Origin: Heterodontus francisci
Taxonomy: Eukaryota
Assembly: GCF_036365525.1 (NCBI RefSeq)
Contig: NW_027141363.1
Span: 186,001-250,000 of the forward strand
Direction: 5' to 3'
Length of the DNA: 64,000 bases
The notes under the pieces were generated by a model. That model saw nothing but the letters and a program-made list of their open reading frames with translations. It had not been told where the DNA came from and searched no databases. Positions 27,601 to 38,029 of the stretch are shown here, piece by piece (the stretch's first letter is position 1; each line of letters starts with the position of its first letter). A program made the position numbers and the translations under genes.

Positions 27601-30600
27601 ATGCAGCGACTGAGGGGAGTGGGATACAGTGACTGAAGGGAGTGTGATACAGTGACTGAGGGGTGTGGGATGCAGTGACTGAGGGGAGTAGGAAACAGTC
27701 ACTGAGGGGAGTGGGATGCAGCCACTGAGGGTAGTGTGTTACAGTAACTGAGGGGAGTATGATACAGTCACTGAGGAGAGTGGAATGCAGCGACTGAGGG
27801 GAGTGTGATACAGTGTCTGAGGGGGATGTGATACAGTGACAGACGGTAGAGTGATACAATGACAGAGGAAGAGTGATACAGTGACAGAGGGGAGTGTGAT
27901 ACAGTGATTGAGGGGAGTGTGATAAAGTTACGGAGGGGAGTGTTATACACTGACTGAGGGGATTGGGATACAGTGACTGAAGGGAGTGTGATCCAGTGAC
28001 TGGAGGAGTGTGATACAGTGACTGAGGGGAGTGTGATACAGTGTCTGAGGGTAGTATGATACAGTCACTGAGGGGAGTGCGATGCAGCGACTGAGGGTAG
28101 TGTGATGCAGTGTCTGAGGGGGATGTGATACAGTGACAGAGGGTAGAGTGATACAATGACAGAGGAAGAGTGATACAGTGACAGAGGGGAGTGTGATACA
28201 GTGGGTGAGGGGAGTGTGATGCAGTGACTAAGGGGAGCATTATACAGTGACTGAGGGGAGTGTGATACAGTGACTCCGGGAGTGTGATACAGTGATTGAG
28301 GGGAGTGCGATAAAGTTACGGAGTGGAGTGTTATACACTAACTGAGGGGATAGGGATACAGTGACTGAATGGAGTGTGATACAGTGACTGAGGGCTGTGG
28401 GATGCAGTGACTGAGGGGAGTAGGATACAGACACTTAGGGGAGTGGGATGCAGCGACTGAGGGTAGCGTGATACAGTGACTGAGGGGAGTGTGATACAGT
28501 CACTGAGGAGAGGGGAATGCAGCGACTGAGGGGAGTGGGATACAGTGACTGAAGGGAGTGTGATACAGTGACTGAGGGGTGTGGGATGCAGTGACTGAGG
28601 GGAGTAGGAAACAGTCACTGAGGGGAGTGGGATGCAGCCACTGAGGGTAGTGTGTTACAGTGACTGAGGGGAGTATGATACAGTCACTGAGGAGAGTGGA
28701 ATGCAGCGACTGAGGGGAGTGTGATAGAGTGACTGAGGGGAGTGTGATACAGTGACTAAGGGGAGCATTATACAGTGGCTGAGAGAGTGTGATACGGTGA
28801 CTGGGGGAGAGTGATACAGTGACTGTGGGGAGTGTGATACACTGTCTGAGGAGAGTGGGATGCAGTGACTGAGGGGAGTGTGATGCAGTGTCTGAGTGGT
28901 GTAGGATACAGTGAACTGAAGGGAGTGTGATACAGTGACTGGGGGAGTGTGATACAGTGACTGAGGGGAGTGTGATACAGTGTCTGAGGGTAGTATGATA
29001 CAGTCACTGAGGGGAGTGCGATGCAGCGACTGAGGGTAGTGTGATACAGTGTCTGAGGGGGATGTGATACAGTGACAGAGGGGAGAGTGATACAATGACA
29101 GAGGAAGATTGATACAGTGACAGAGGGGAGTGTGATACAATGGGTGAGGGGAGTGTGATACAGTGACTAAGGGGAGCATTATACAGTGACTGAGGGGAGT
29201 GTGATACAGTGACTCAGGGAGTGTGATACAGTGATTGAGTGGAGTGCGATAAAGTTACGGAGGGTAGTGTTATACACTGTCTGAGGGGATTGGGATACAG
29301 TGACCGAAGGGAGTGTGATTCAGAGACTGAGGGGTGTGGGATGCAGTGACTGAGGGTAGTAGGATACAGTCACTGAGGGGAGTGGGATGCAGCGACTGAG
29401 GGTAGTGTGATGCAGTGACTGAGGGGAGTATGATACAGTCACTGAGGAGAGGGGAATGCAGCGACTGAGGGGAGTGGGATACAGTGACTGAAGGGAGTGT
29501 GATACAGTGACTGAGGGGTGTGGGATGCAGTGACTGAGGGGAGTAGGAAACAGTCACTGAGGGGAGTGGGATCAGCGACTGAGCATAGTGTGATGCAGTG
29601 ACTGAGGGGAGTATGATCCAGTCACTGAGGAGAGTGGAATTCAGTGGCTGAGGGGAGTGTGATAGAGTGACTGAGGGGAGTGGGATACAGTGACTGAGGT
29701 GAGCATGATACAGTGAAAGAGGGAAGTGGGATACAGTGACTGAGAGAGTGTGATACAGTGACTGAGAGAGTGTGATACAGTGACAGAGGGAAGTGGGATA
29801 CAGTGACTGAATGTGTGGGATACAGTGACTGAGGGGTGTGTGATACTGCGACAGCGGGGAGTGCGAAACAGTGACTGATAGAGTGTGATACAGTGACTGG
29901 GGGAGAGTGAGACAGTGACTGAGGGGAGTGTGATACACTGACTGAGAGAGTGTGATACAGTGACAGAGGGAAGTGGGATACAGTGACTGAATGTGTGGGA
30001 TACAGTGACTGATAGAGTGTGATACAGTGACTGGGGGAGTGTGGTACATTGACTGAGGGGAGTGTGATACAGTGACTGATAGAGTGTGATACAGTGACTG
30101 GGGGAGTGTGGTACATTGACTGAGGGGAGTGTGATACTCTGTCTGAGTAGAGTGGGATGCAGTGACTGAAGCGAATATAATGCAGTGACTGAGTGGAGTG
30201 TGATACATTGAATGAGGGGAGTGTGAGACTCTGTCTGAGGGGAGTGGGACACAGTGAACTGAAGGGAGTGTGATACTGTGACTGGGGGAGTGTGATACAG
30301 TGACTGAGGAGAGTGTGATACACTGTCTGAGGGGAGTGGAGTGCAGTGACTGAAGGGAATATAATGCAGTGACTGAGGGGAGTGTGATACAGTGCCTGAG
30401 GGGCGTGTGTTGCAGTGACTGAGGGGAGTGTGATACAGCGACTGAGGAGAGTGTGATACAGTGACTGAGGGGAATGTGATAAAGTGACTGAGGTGAGTGT
30501 AATGCAGTGACTGAGGTGACTGTGATAGAGACTGAGGGCAGCATGATGCTCAAACTCAGGAATCCGAGGAACAATTGACTAGAGAATCTACTGAGGTTTC

Positions 30601-33600
30601 ATCCACTACCCCAGCGGGCTCTGGAAGCTAAGGTATCTGCTTTGTGGGGTTATCATCGCAGAATCATGGAATCAAAGACTGGTTACGGCACAGAAAGTTT
30701 CTGTTCAGCCCATCTTCACCGTGCCAGCTCTCTGGCAGTGCAACTCACCTACTCCCACTCCTACCATTTTCCTGTCGCCCTGCAGATTTTTTCTGCCATG
30801 ACAATTATCCAATTCCCTTTTGAAAGCCTCAATTAAACCTGCCTCCAGCACACTCTCATGCAGTGCATTTCAGATCCTAACCACTCACTGTGTGAAAAGG
30901 TTTCCCTGCCTCTGTTGTGACTTTTACCACTCACCTAAAACCGTTGCTCTCTAGTTCTGGATCCTCCCACCAAGAGGAACAGTTTTTCCCTGACTACTCT
31001 GTCCAGTTCCCTCTTGATTATGAACATCTTGCTCAAATCTCGTCTTAATCGTCTCTTCTCCACGGAGAACAGCCCCAGCTTCTCCGATCTATTCATGTCA
31101 CTGACGTCCCTCATCCCGGGAACCATTCTGGTAAATCTTCTCTGCACCCTCTCGAATACCTTAACATCCTTCCTAAGTATTAACCGCTCTCTCGACCTGT
31201 CTTGCCACCTTCAATGATTTGTGCACATGTCCCCCCAGGTCCCTCTGCCCCTGCACCTCCTTTAGAATTGTAGCCTTTATTTTATATTGCCTCTCGTTCA
31301 TCCGACCAAAATGAATCACTTCACAATTCTCTGTGATAAATTTCATTTGCCAGTGTCTGCCCATCCCACCAGCCTGTCTATAACCTCCTGACGTCTATTA
31401 CTATCCTCCTCACAGTTCACAATACTTCCAGGTTTTGTGTCATCTGCAGATTTTGAAAGTGTGCCCTGTAATATACATCAGGAAAAACAGTGGTCTGAGC
31501 ATTATTAGAGAGCAGAACAGAGATGCACAGAGAATTAGGAGGGACAGATAACACTGGAGTCGATAAGAGTATCGTATTAGACGGGGGCAGTGGAAGAGGA
31601 AAGGAGATAAGCTGTCAATTCAGTTTAATGTGTGTGTATATGGATGCACGGAGAGTGGTAAATAAGGTTGTTGAGCTTCAGGCACAGATAGCCACGTGGA
31701 AATATGATGTTGTGGCAATTACAGGGTCCTGGCTCGAAGATGGGCAGGACTGGCTAGTGAATATTCCTGACGACAAGGTGTTCAGGAAAGAGAGGGGAGG
31801 AAGGAAAGGAGAAGGGGTATCAGTATTGATTAAGGGGAACATTACAGTGCTGTTTTCTTTTCTCTCTATTGTTCTCACTCATTCCAGATCTCCCTTACTC
31901 TTTTCTGTCTCACTCCTGTCGCCTTCCCTCCTTTTCTCTCACTCCTGCTCTCTGTTGTTCTCTGACTCCACTTTCCCCCTGTCGTTTCACTGATCACTTT
32001 GATAATCTCCTGAGTTTTCTCTGTTAGTTTTCTTTCCTTGTCGGAGTAGTAACTGATTCTGCAGCCGATGATATCTTGTGTCTCCCCTCAGTAAAGGCTG
32101 GTATACATTGATTCAGTGTGGCGAGGGAGTTAGATTACAAACGAGAGGAGGTTCTGTGTTAAAACACTTCTGTCCACTCATCCAGCGTTCTGAATCCCAG
32201 TGAAATTCCTCTTGTCTTTATTTGATCCTCTCAGACTCGGGGATTCCGTCTACTCCCGAGGAACCTCCCGACTCCCAGCCTGTTTCTGATGATGGTGGGA
32301 ACATTTCAGATTCTCCACATTTCAGAAATATTAAATCCCTCCTCCTGTCTCAGTCTGGCACAAATATATCAGGACCGAGGGCCTCCAAACAGCTGTGTGA
32401 TCGTTCTGTGTAGGGAAACCCATCGTTCTCACTCTCTCTCTGTCTCTCTCTCTGTCTTGTCTGTGCTGTCAGACAAGAGTTGCAGTCGCTTGTGTTCAGT
32501 ATGACTGGATACATTGGGAAACAAAGAAACGTAAACGTTCAGAAATTCCTTCAGAAATATCTTTGAGCTTCTATCTCACATCCCTCTCTCTGTAACTCTC
32601 AGTTTTATCTCTGTCTCTCTGTTTCTCCTTTATCTGCCTTTCACACGCATATATAAATATATTTCATTTCTGTAACCGCCTCTCTCCGATGTGGGTCTCA
32701 GTTTCTCCAGCTCCCTCTTTCGCCTCACTCTGTCTCCCACTCTCTCTGATGTTCTGTCTCCCTGTCTGTCTCTCTGACTCTCACTTTCTCTTTCTCTGTC
32801 TCTCTCACAGATGCTCTTTGTCTGTCTCTCTGTCTTTGTCTTTGTCAGAGGGACAGAGAGCATCAGAGAGAGAGAGAGAGAGAGAGTGAGAGTGAGAGAC
32901 AGAGACAGAGAAAAGGGCAGTGAGACCGGAGTAAACACGGAATGCAAATGATCTCGGGAGATGGAACAAGGAGGCAACAGAGAAGAGAGTGCAGGATAGA
33001 GGATGATAACACAGAGAGGTCAGATTATAGACAAGACGAGTTGAGATAGAGAGAATAACAGAGACAGATGAACAAACGAGTGGATGACAAACTGGAGGAA
33101 AGAGAGTTTAAATTAGAGAGGAGAGTTCATTCGAAATACGTCCCGTGCCCTGTGCTAAACTCTGGGTGTGTTCAACCTGTTGATGTTGTGACTGTTGTGT
33201 TTAGATACTAAATACACGAGGATTAATGTCAAGATCACTTCAATGACTGATCTGGATGAAGAAACTGCAAAGAGAATCGTTGTGGAGAGGGTGAGAGACT
33301 GAACTGTACTGAGGAGAAACACGGGAGACAACAGATCCTCCCTCTCACTGTCTGTATTCACTGAATGGGAACTCCTGATAATTATTTCAACAGCTCTAAT
33401 TCCCCCTCTGCTTATCTTCTCGTCCCCCAGATCAGGCTTGTGAGGGGCTTCCTCCTGAGCCTGTGTGAAAGGCTCGAGAGGGTGGGAGGGGGCTGAATGG
33501 CCTCTTCCTGCTCCTGTGTAACATACTCGAGGGGATGAATGGCCTATTCGTTTAACGGTAACCTCTCTCTGATCTTCCCTCTCACTCTCCCCATTCTCTC

Positions 33601-34032
33601 TTTATGTCCTTTCTATCTCTGTCTCTTTCTCTGCCTCGCTCACCCAATCTGTATTTCTCTTTCTGTGTCTTGCTTTCTGTCTCTGTCTGTCCCTCACTGC
33701 ATCTCTGACGACCTCTCGCTCTCACACCCTCTGTTTCTCTACCTCTGTCTCAATCCCTGTAGCTCTCCCACCCTCCCTCTCCATCTCTCCCTCTATCTGA
33801 GTATCTTTGCCTCACCCTGTATCTCACTGTCTTGCCCCCACCCTCTCTCCCGGTCTCTGTCTGTATCCTCTCTGTCTCTTTCTATTCACTCCTCCCCTTG
33901 CAGTAATAATCATCGTTTCTCCTCTCTGCCATGCAGATGAAGCACATGTTCCAGGATCAGTGTCCACACACGAAGCTCGAATTGGATCCAGAAGACGTTC
34001 AGTGCTCGGCTAGTGCGCCTGTGGAAGTGTGA
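48..34032 (+). CDS. GP2/uromodulin-like secreted protein, 5'-partial spliced model: 2x D8C domain, mucin-like stalk, short C-terminal module
   Basis: GT-AG exons with compatible phases: 48-186, 339-415, 510-674, 3208-3346, 3499-3575, 3670-3831, 4235-4330, 7970-8059, 10289-10384, 13056-13151, 15823-15918, 17249-17344, 20554-20649, 22185-22280, 32235-32294, 33205-33290, 33937-34032 (TGA). The start lies upstream of the window. Confidence 0.78.
1000..2215 (-). mobile_element. Degenerate non-LTR retrotransposon (LINE) fragment
   Basis: Broken ORFs with endonuclease/RT-like peptides: IGRSDHRTVLVET, VWHYHHAKWDRF, KPGDQTWFNEKCRRAC, HSAPDLI. Confidence 0.75.
2216..3094 (+). repeat. 23-bp G-rich minisatellite (cagtgactgaggggagtgtgata)n
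   Basis: Visible tandem array; the minus-strand ORFs cycle the 23-aa pattern HTPLSHCITLPSVTVSHSPQSLY. Confidence 0.95.
3208..3831 (+). CDS. D8C/D10C domain, copy 2 (exons 3208-3346, 3499-3575, 3670-3831)
   Basis: Tandem duplicate of 48-674 with the same exon structure (139/77/162 bp vs 139/77/165 bp); all cysteines retained; open frame. Confidence 0.9.
4235..4330 (+). CDS. Mucin-like stalk exon 1 (DPETVETEEPEEQTTRESTRGSSSTPAVSGTS)
   Basis: ttacag| acceptor, |gtaccc donor, 96 bp, phase 1-1. Confidence 0.8.
4417..4618 (+). repeat. 23-bp minisatellite, interrupted by a CR1 insertion
   Basis: gtgactgaggggagtgggat units; the array resumes at ~7136. Confidence 0.9.
4619..7135 (-). mobile_element. 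CR1-clade LINE, 5'-truncated, nearly intact ORF2 (end of endonuclease + reverse transcriptase)
   Basis: ORF 6091-7203 (GDFNFPNIDW, LDLVLGN) and ORF 4950-6053 (NYRPVSLTS, QHGF, DFSKAFDKVPH, GVPQGSVLGP, FADDTK); 3' short tandem tail (gaacaaa)n at ~4619-4640. Confidence 0.95.
7136..7780 (+). repeat. 23-bp minisatellite (more diverged)
   Basis: Tandem gcagtgactgaggggagtgggat units. Confidence 0.9.
7970..8059 (+). CDS. Mucin-like stalk exon 2 (ETSTTSRTKEQTTPHSIEKSPSNPIDTFTS), shifted acceptor
   Basis: Homologous to the 4235 exon. The ancestral acceptor AG is now AC, but an in-frame tccag| lies 6 nt downstream; donor |gtatca. Confidence 0.6.
8290..8970 (+). mobile_element. CR1 LINE 3' fragment
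   Basis: Peptides LYKTLVWPQLEY and LEQRRLRGDLIEVYKIMRG; typical 3' end gggccgaagggcctgtt. Confidence 0.85.
9040..9430 (+). repeat. CT-rich low-complexity tract
   Basis: Degenerate (ct)n runs. Confidence 0.8.
9431..10150 (+). repeat. 23-bp minisatellite
   Basis: Tandem units as above. Confidence 0.9.
10289..10384 (+). CDS. Mucin-like stalk exon 3 (EPMTSQTQESEEQSTGESIEVSSSILVGSGTP)
   Basis: taacag| acceptor, |gtatct donor, 96 bp, phase 1-1. Confidence 0.8.
10410..11910. mobile_element. Composite CR1 fragments (minus-strand RT 3' part joined to plus-strand endonuclease part)
   Basis: Minus: LEKRRLREDLIEVFKI, WQMKFNAENCEVMHFG. Plus: ELQAQIATWKYAVVAITESW. Confidence 0.8.
11990..12915 (+). repeat. 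23-bp minisatellite
   Basis: Tandem units. Confidence 0.9.
13056..13151 (+). CDS. Mucin-like stalk exon 4 (EPVTYETQESEEQSTAESTEGPSCIPAGSGSS)
   Basis: ttacag| acceptor, |gtatct donor, 96 bp. Confidence 0.8.
13180..14930. mobile_element. Composite CR1 fragments, paralogous to 10410-11910
   Basis: Same RT(-)/EN(+) arrangement; ISKFADDTK peptide in ORF 13884-14081. Confidence 0.8.
15823..15918 (+). CDS. Mucin-like stalk exon 5 (EPVTSQTQESEEQSTRESTEVSSSTPAGSGSS)
   Basis: gacag| acceptor, |gtacct donor, 96 bp. Confidence 0.8.
17249..17344 (+). CDS. Mucin-like stalk exon 6 (EPVTSKTQESEEQSTRESTEVSSSTPAGSGSS)
   Basis: taacag| acceptor, |gtacct donor, 96 bp. Confidence 0.8.
20554..20649 (+). CDS. 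Mucin-like stalk exon 7 (EPVTSQTQESEEQSTRESTEVSSSTPAGSGSS)
   Basis: atgcag| acceptor, |gtacct donor, 96 bp. Confidence 0.8.
22185..22280 (+). CDS. Mucin-like stalk exon 8 (EPVTSQTQESEEQSTSESTEVSSSTPAVSGSS)
   Basis: atacag| acceptor, |gtacct donor, 96 bp. Confidence 0.8.
22625..30545 (+). repeat. ~7.9-kb 23-bp minisatellite array with higher-order repeats
   Basis: Continuous tandem array; identical ORF translations recur at a 916-bp offset (26499/27415, 26668/27584, 26852/27768). Confidence 0.95.
30551..30632 (+). pseudogene. Dead stalk exon copy
   Basis: Homologous to the 96-bp exons but lacks the acceptor and 5' codons, and has TCA>TAA just before the donor. Confidence 0.8.
30660..31850. 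mobile_element. Composite CR1 fragments, paralogous to 13180-14930
   Basis: ORFs 30935-31147, 31173-31364 and 31523-31993 carry CR1 RT/EN peptides. Confidence 0.8.
32235..32294 (+). CDS. Linker exon (DSGIPSTPEEPPDSQPVSDD)
   Basis: Pyrimidine tract + tctcag| acceptor, |gtggga donor, 60 bp, phase 1-1; Pro/Ser/acidic composition like the stalk. Confidence 0.65.
33205..33290 (+). CDS. Penultimate exon (DTKYTRINVKITSMTDLDEETAKRIVVER)
   Basis: tgtttag| acceptor, |gtgaga donor, phase 1 to 0, open frame. Confidence 0.65.
33937..34032 (+). CDS. Terminal exon (MKHMFQDQCPHTKLELDPEDVQCSASAPVEV*)
   Basis: Pyrimidine tract + atgcag| phase-0 acceptor; TGA at 34030-34032. Confidence 0.6.
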   Translation: MKHMFQDQCPHTKLELDPEDVQCSASAPVEV

Positions 34033-34639
34033 AGGAGTTTGGACATGTCAACAAGTACCCGACACGTGTGCTCCAGTCTCTGTGTGTTTTACATCCTCAC
34101 TCAATCACTGCACCATCTTATCTTCACCTTGTTTAACTCAAGGAAATTGTCAGCAAAGGGTTAATCTCCGACTAGAAGTATGCTAATGTTATACTGTAAT
34201 TGGTGTGTCTTTATACTGCAGGGGTGTGGGAGCTTTAAGCTATTGCTTTGTTAAATAGAGAAGTACGATCCCATTTGTATACAGTGACCACTGGTCAGCT
34301 GAACCCAGACTAACCTGACAGCTCTGGCCACTTTCAGGATGAAGTGATCTCAGGTTTAATGAGGGAGTTTCTTTAAAGATCTACCATTGAGTAGAGGTCC
34401 CGAAGTTTCATGGAGCTGTCAGCACTGAGGATTGGGGCAAGGAAAACAGTTCGTCCTTGTCCAAGGAGAACCTCAGGGTAGATAACATCTTTTAAATTGA
34501 GGGTTCATGCAGAATGGGGGATCGGTTAATGCTGAACTTTGCAGAATCAAAATATATTGAAAAGGAAAGCTTTCAGAGAGTACAAAGCATTTATGTGTGG
34601 CATATGTCAAATGTTTAATAACAAAGGAAGGGAGTTATA

Positions 34640-35160
34640 CTGAGCTCAGGAACCTAATGTCGACAACACTCCATCTCAATAACACCTCTGTGAACGCTTC
34701 CATTGTCTCTGCTCTGCCACACTGCTTGTCTAACATCCAATACTGGATGAGCAGTTATTTTCTCCTACTAAATATTGGGAAGACTGAAGCCATTGTCTGT
34801 GGTCCCCGACACAAATGTCATTCTTGGACCACCGACACCATCTCTGGTACCTGTCTGAAACTGATCAAGACAGTTTTTAGCCTTTGTTGTTGTGTTTGAC
34901 CCCGAGATGAGTTTCCGACCACATATCCACACCATCACCAAGACTGTCCATTTCCACCTCCATACCATCTCTCGACTCCGACCCTGCCTCAGCTCATCTG
35001 CTGCTGGAACCCTCATCAGTGCCTCTGTTACCTCCAGACTGGACTATTCCAATACTCTCCTGGCCAACCGCACATCTTTCACACTTCCTGATCTTATCCT
35101 CATACAAACATTTGCTGTCTGTGTCTTAACTCACTCCGAACCCTGTTCAAACATAACCCC
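34640..35160 (+). mobile_element. L2-like LINE RT 3' fragment
   Basis: Peptides LNIGKTEAIV and FDPEMSFRPHI...FHLHTISRLRPCL...VTSRLDYSNTLL. Confidence 0.8.
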
Positions 35161-35548
35161 TGGAACTATTGCCATTCACTGACTCCCTGCTCCTCTCCAA
35201 TTTCCCAATATTAACATCCTGATCAGTCTGTTGAACTGTTGTGAAATGACTCATTGGTCACAACTCTCCAGTGTAACAATGTAAAACGTCTGCAATAAGT
35301 GAACATGGCTGCGTATCTTCCATTGATGGACATTCAAACAAGGAGAGCTGCAGCATGGAAAGGCCTTTTATCGTGTTTGACTCCCTGACCACCCAGTGTG
35401 ATTGTAAAGCTGATTGTAAACTGTGTGTTTACAGTTTTATTGCATTCTCTGTCTGCTCAATATATCTGTGAACGCTAAACCTGACCGTCTCAAGAAGCTG
35501 ATTGATTTTGCTGGAATGGCTTTCCCATCTGATCATGGAAATCCAGTG

Positions 35549-35626
35549 TTTTTTTGTTCTGGGAGGGAACACTCACTGTTAAATGATTGCTGAGGGCTGA
35601 GATCAGAAGGGATGTGACTGTACGTG
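35549..35626 (+). pseudogene. Degenerate J-like segment with broken RSS (inverted duplicate of 47031-47108)
   Basis: tttttttgt / 16-bp spacer / cactgtt, then LLRAEIRRDVTVR and a phase-1 |gtggga donor. Confidence 0.35.
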
Positions 35627-35744
35627 GTGGGACTGCCCAGCATTCCCCAAACCTTGTGCTACTCCATTCTATTCTGGTCTGTGCTTCCACCCTGGATAAT
35701 CCAGCTCATTCAAGGCCTGACAGAGGAAAATGAGAAATCCTGAC

Positions 35745-37345
35745 CTTTCAAAAGGCATTTGATACAGTTCCACACATCAGACTTGTGAGCAAACATGTAG
35801 CTCTTGGAATGCATAGGACGGTAGCAACATGGATTACGAAATTGGCTGAGTGACAGGAAACAGAGAATAGTGGTTAATGGATGTTTTTCGGGCTGGAGGA
35901 AGGTTTGTAGTGGACTTCCCCAGGGATCAGTGTTGGGACCCTTGCTTTTCCTGATATATATTAATGTCCTAGACCTCGGAGTACAGGGCACAATTTCAAA
36001 ATTTGCAGATGAGACGAAACTTGGAAGCATTGTGAACTGTGAGGAGGATAGTGTAGAACTTCAAAAGGACATAGACAAGTTGGTGGAATGGGCGGACAAG
36101 TGACAGATGAGGTTCAATGTGGAGAAATTTGAAGTGATTAATTTTGGTAGCTAGAACATGGAGAGACAATATCGAATCGAGGTTACAATTCTAAAGGGGG
36201 TGAAGGAGCAGAGAGACCTGTGTGTATCTGTGCATCAGTCATTGAAGATGGCAGGACTGGTTGAGAGAGTGGTTGATAAAGCATACAGTATCCTGGGCTA
36301 TATTAATAGGGGCATAGATTACAAGAGCAAGGAAGTTATGTTGAACCCGTATAAGACACTAGTTTGTCCTCAGCTGGAGTATTGCCTCCAATTCTAGGTG
36401 TTGCACTTGAGAAAAGATGTGAGGGCATTTGAGAGAGTACAGACGAGATTCACAAGAATGGTTCCAGGGATGAGGAATTTCAGTTATGAAGATAGATTGG
36501 AGAAGTTAGGACTGTTTTCCTTGGAGAAGAGAAGGCTGGGAGGTGATTTGAGAGAGCTATTCAAAATCATGAGGGGCCTGGACAGAGTAGACACTGTTCC
36601 CACTCGTGAAATTATCGAGAACGAGAGGGCACAGATTTAAAGTATTTGGTAAGAGAAGCAAAAGTGACATGGGGAAACAAGTTTTCATGCAGCGAGTGGT
36701 TAAGGTCTGGAATGCGCTGCCTGGGAACATGGTGGAGGCAGATTCAACTGAAACATTTAAAATAAAATTAGACAGTTACATGAAATGGAAGAATTTGCAG
36801 GGTTACAGGAAGAGGCCGGGGGAGTGGAACTGAGGGAGTTGCACTTTCAGAGAGCCGGTGCAGACACGAGGGGCCGAATGGCCTCCTTCTGCGTGGTCAC
36901 AATTCTGTGATTCTATGATTATTATGAGGAATGTTTGAAGAGGTTGGGCAGATACTCATTGGAGTTTAGAAAAATGAGCCACGTAAGATTCTGAGGGGGC
37001 TTGACTGGGTAGATGCTGAGTGGATGTTCCTTCTCGTTTGGGAATCTAGAACGAGGCGTAACAATTTCAGAATAAGGGGGTCTCCCATTTAAGACGGAGA
37101 TGCGGAGGATATTTTTCTCTCAGAGGATTGTGAGTCTGTGGAACTCCGTTCTCTGGAGAGCAACGGAGGCTGGGTCATTGAATAAATTCAAGCCTGAGTT
37201 TGACAGATTTTGATTCTACAAGGGTGTCATGGTTATGGAGGGCAGAAAGGAAAGTGGAGTTAAAGCTGCAATCAGATCAGTCATGAACTTATAGAATGGC
37301 TGAGCAGGCTCGAGGGGCCGAAAGGCCTACTCCTTGCTCCCATTT
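35745..37345 (+). mobile_element. CR1 LINE fragments (35745-36920 and 36925-37345)
   Basis: Peptides GLPQGSVLGPLLFLIYIN, FADETK, LEKRRLGGDL; CR1 3' ends. Confidence 0.85.
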
Positions 37346-37548
37346 CTTATAACCTTACTGACTGCCCAATTCAATATCAGGGTCGTTAAAGTCTCAAATC
37401 ATCACATAATTTTTTTCACCCCTCAGTTATTTCTTTACAGCTCTGCTCCTCTATGTCCTTCCTGCTCTATGGCAGCTGATAAAATACCTGCAAAGTAAAA
37501 ATGTTTTTCAGAAGATGCTCACAGTCGGAGAACAGTGGACTGTTCATA

Positions 37549-37723
37549 TCAGAGGCACAGACAAGATCTCCCACAGGCCACAGGTACACATTCAGCAACA
37601 TATGCAAACAACAATGAGCAAAGCCAGAGAGCTGGGAGAAGGCTTTTGTAGGCAGGACACGCGACATTGTGAGGCCCCTGAGCAGATATCAATGTCCCTG
37701 CTGCTGTGCCCCTGACATTGGGA
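37549..37723 (-). pseudogene. Degenerate connecting-peptide/transmembrane-like exon, copy A
   Basis: atttcag| acceptor; peptide HNVACPAYKSLLPALWLCSLLFAYV; paralogous to 42522-42727. Confidence 0.35.
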
Positions 37724-38029
37724 CTGAAATGAATTTGCATTTACAGTCAAGCATTGCCCAGATTACATTGCAGAAAGATGAATGAATTCTGCCCACTTGA
37801 GGGAGTTATTGAGAGATCCCTCGCCCACGACTGACACATTGCACCAATGGGAAAATACTGCAGATGCTGGAACTCTGAAACACAAACAGAAGATTGAGTA
37901 GGTCTGGCAGCATTTGTGGAGAGAGAAACAGAGTTAACGTTTCAGCTTGGTCAGCCTTCTTCAGAACGGCAATGGTGAGAGATGGTACAAATGTTAATAA
38001 AGTACAGAGGCAGGGAAAGGGACAAAACA

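Noticed and set aside
22625-30545. acagtg cores at a 23-bp period suggesting RSS arrays
   Set aside because: Mostly tacagtg/tgcagtg without the CAC and with no nonamers; the match to the 23-bp spacer length is coincidental.
2199-30574. Many long His/Ser/Pro/Cys-rich ORFs on the minus strand (up to 434 aa)
   Set aside because: They are translations of the 23-bp minisatellite, open in all three frames, antisense within introns, with no splice or start context.
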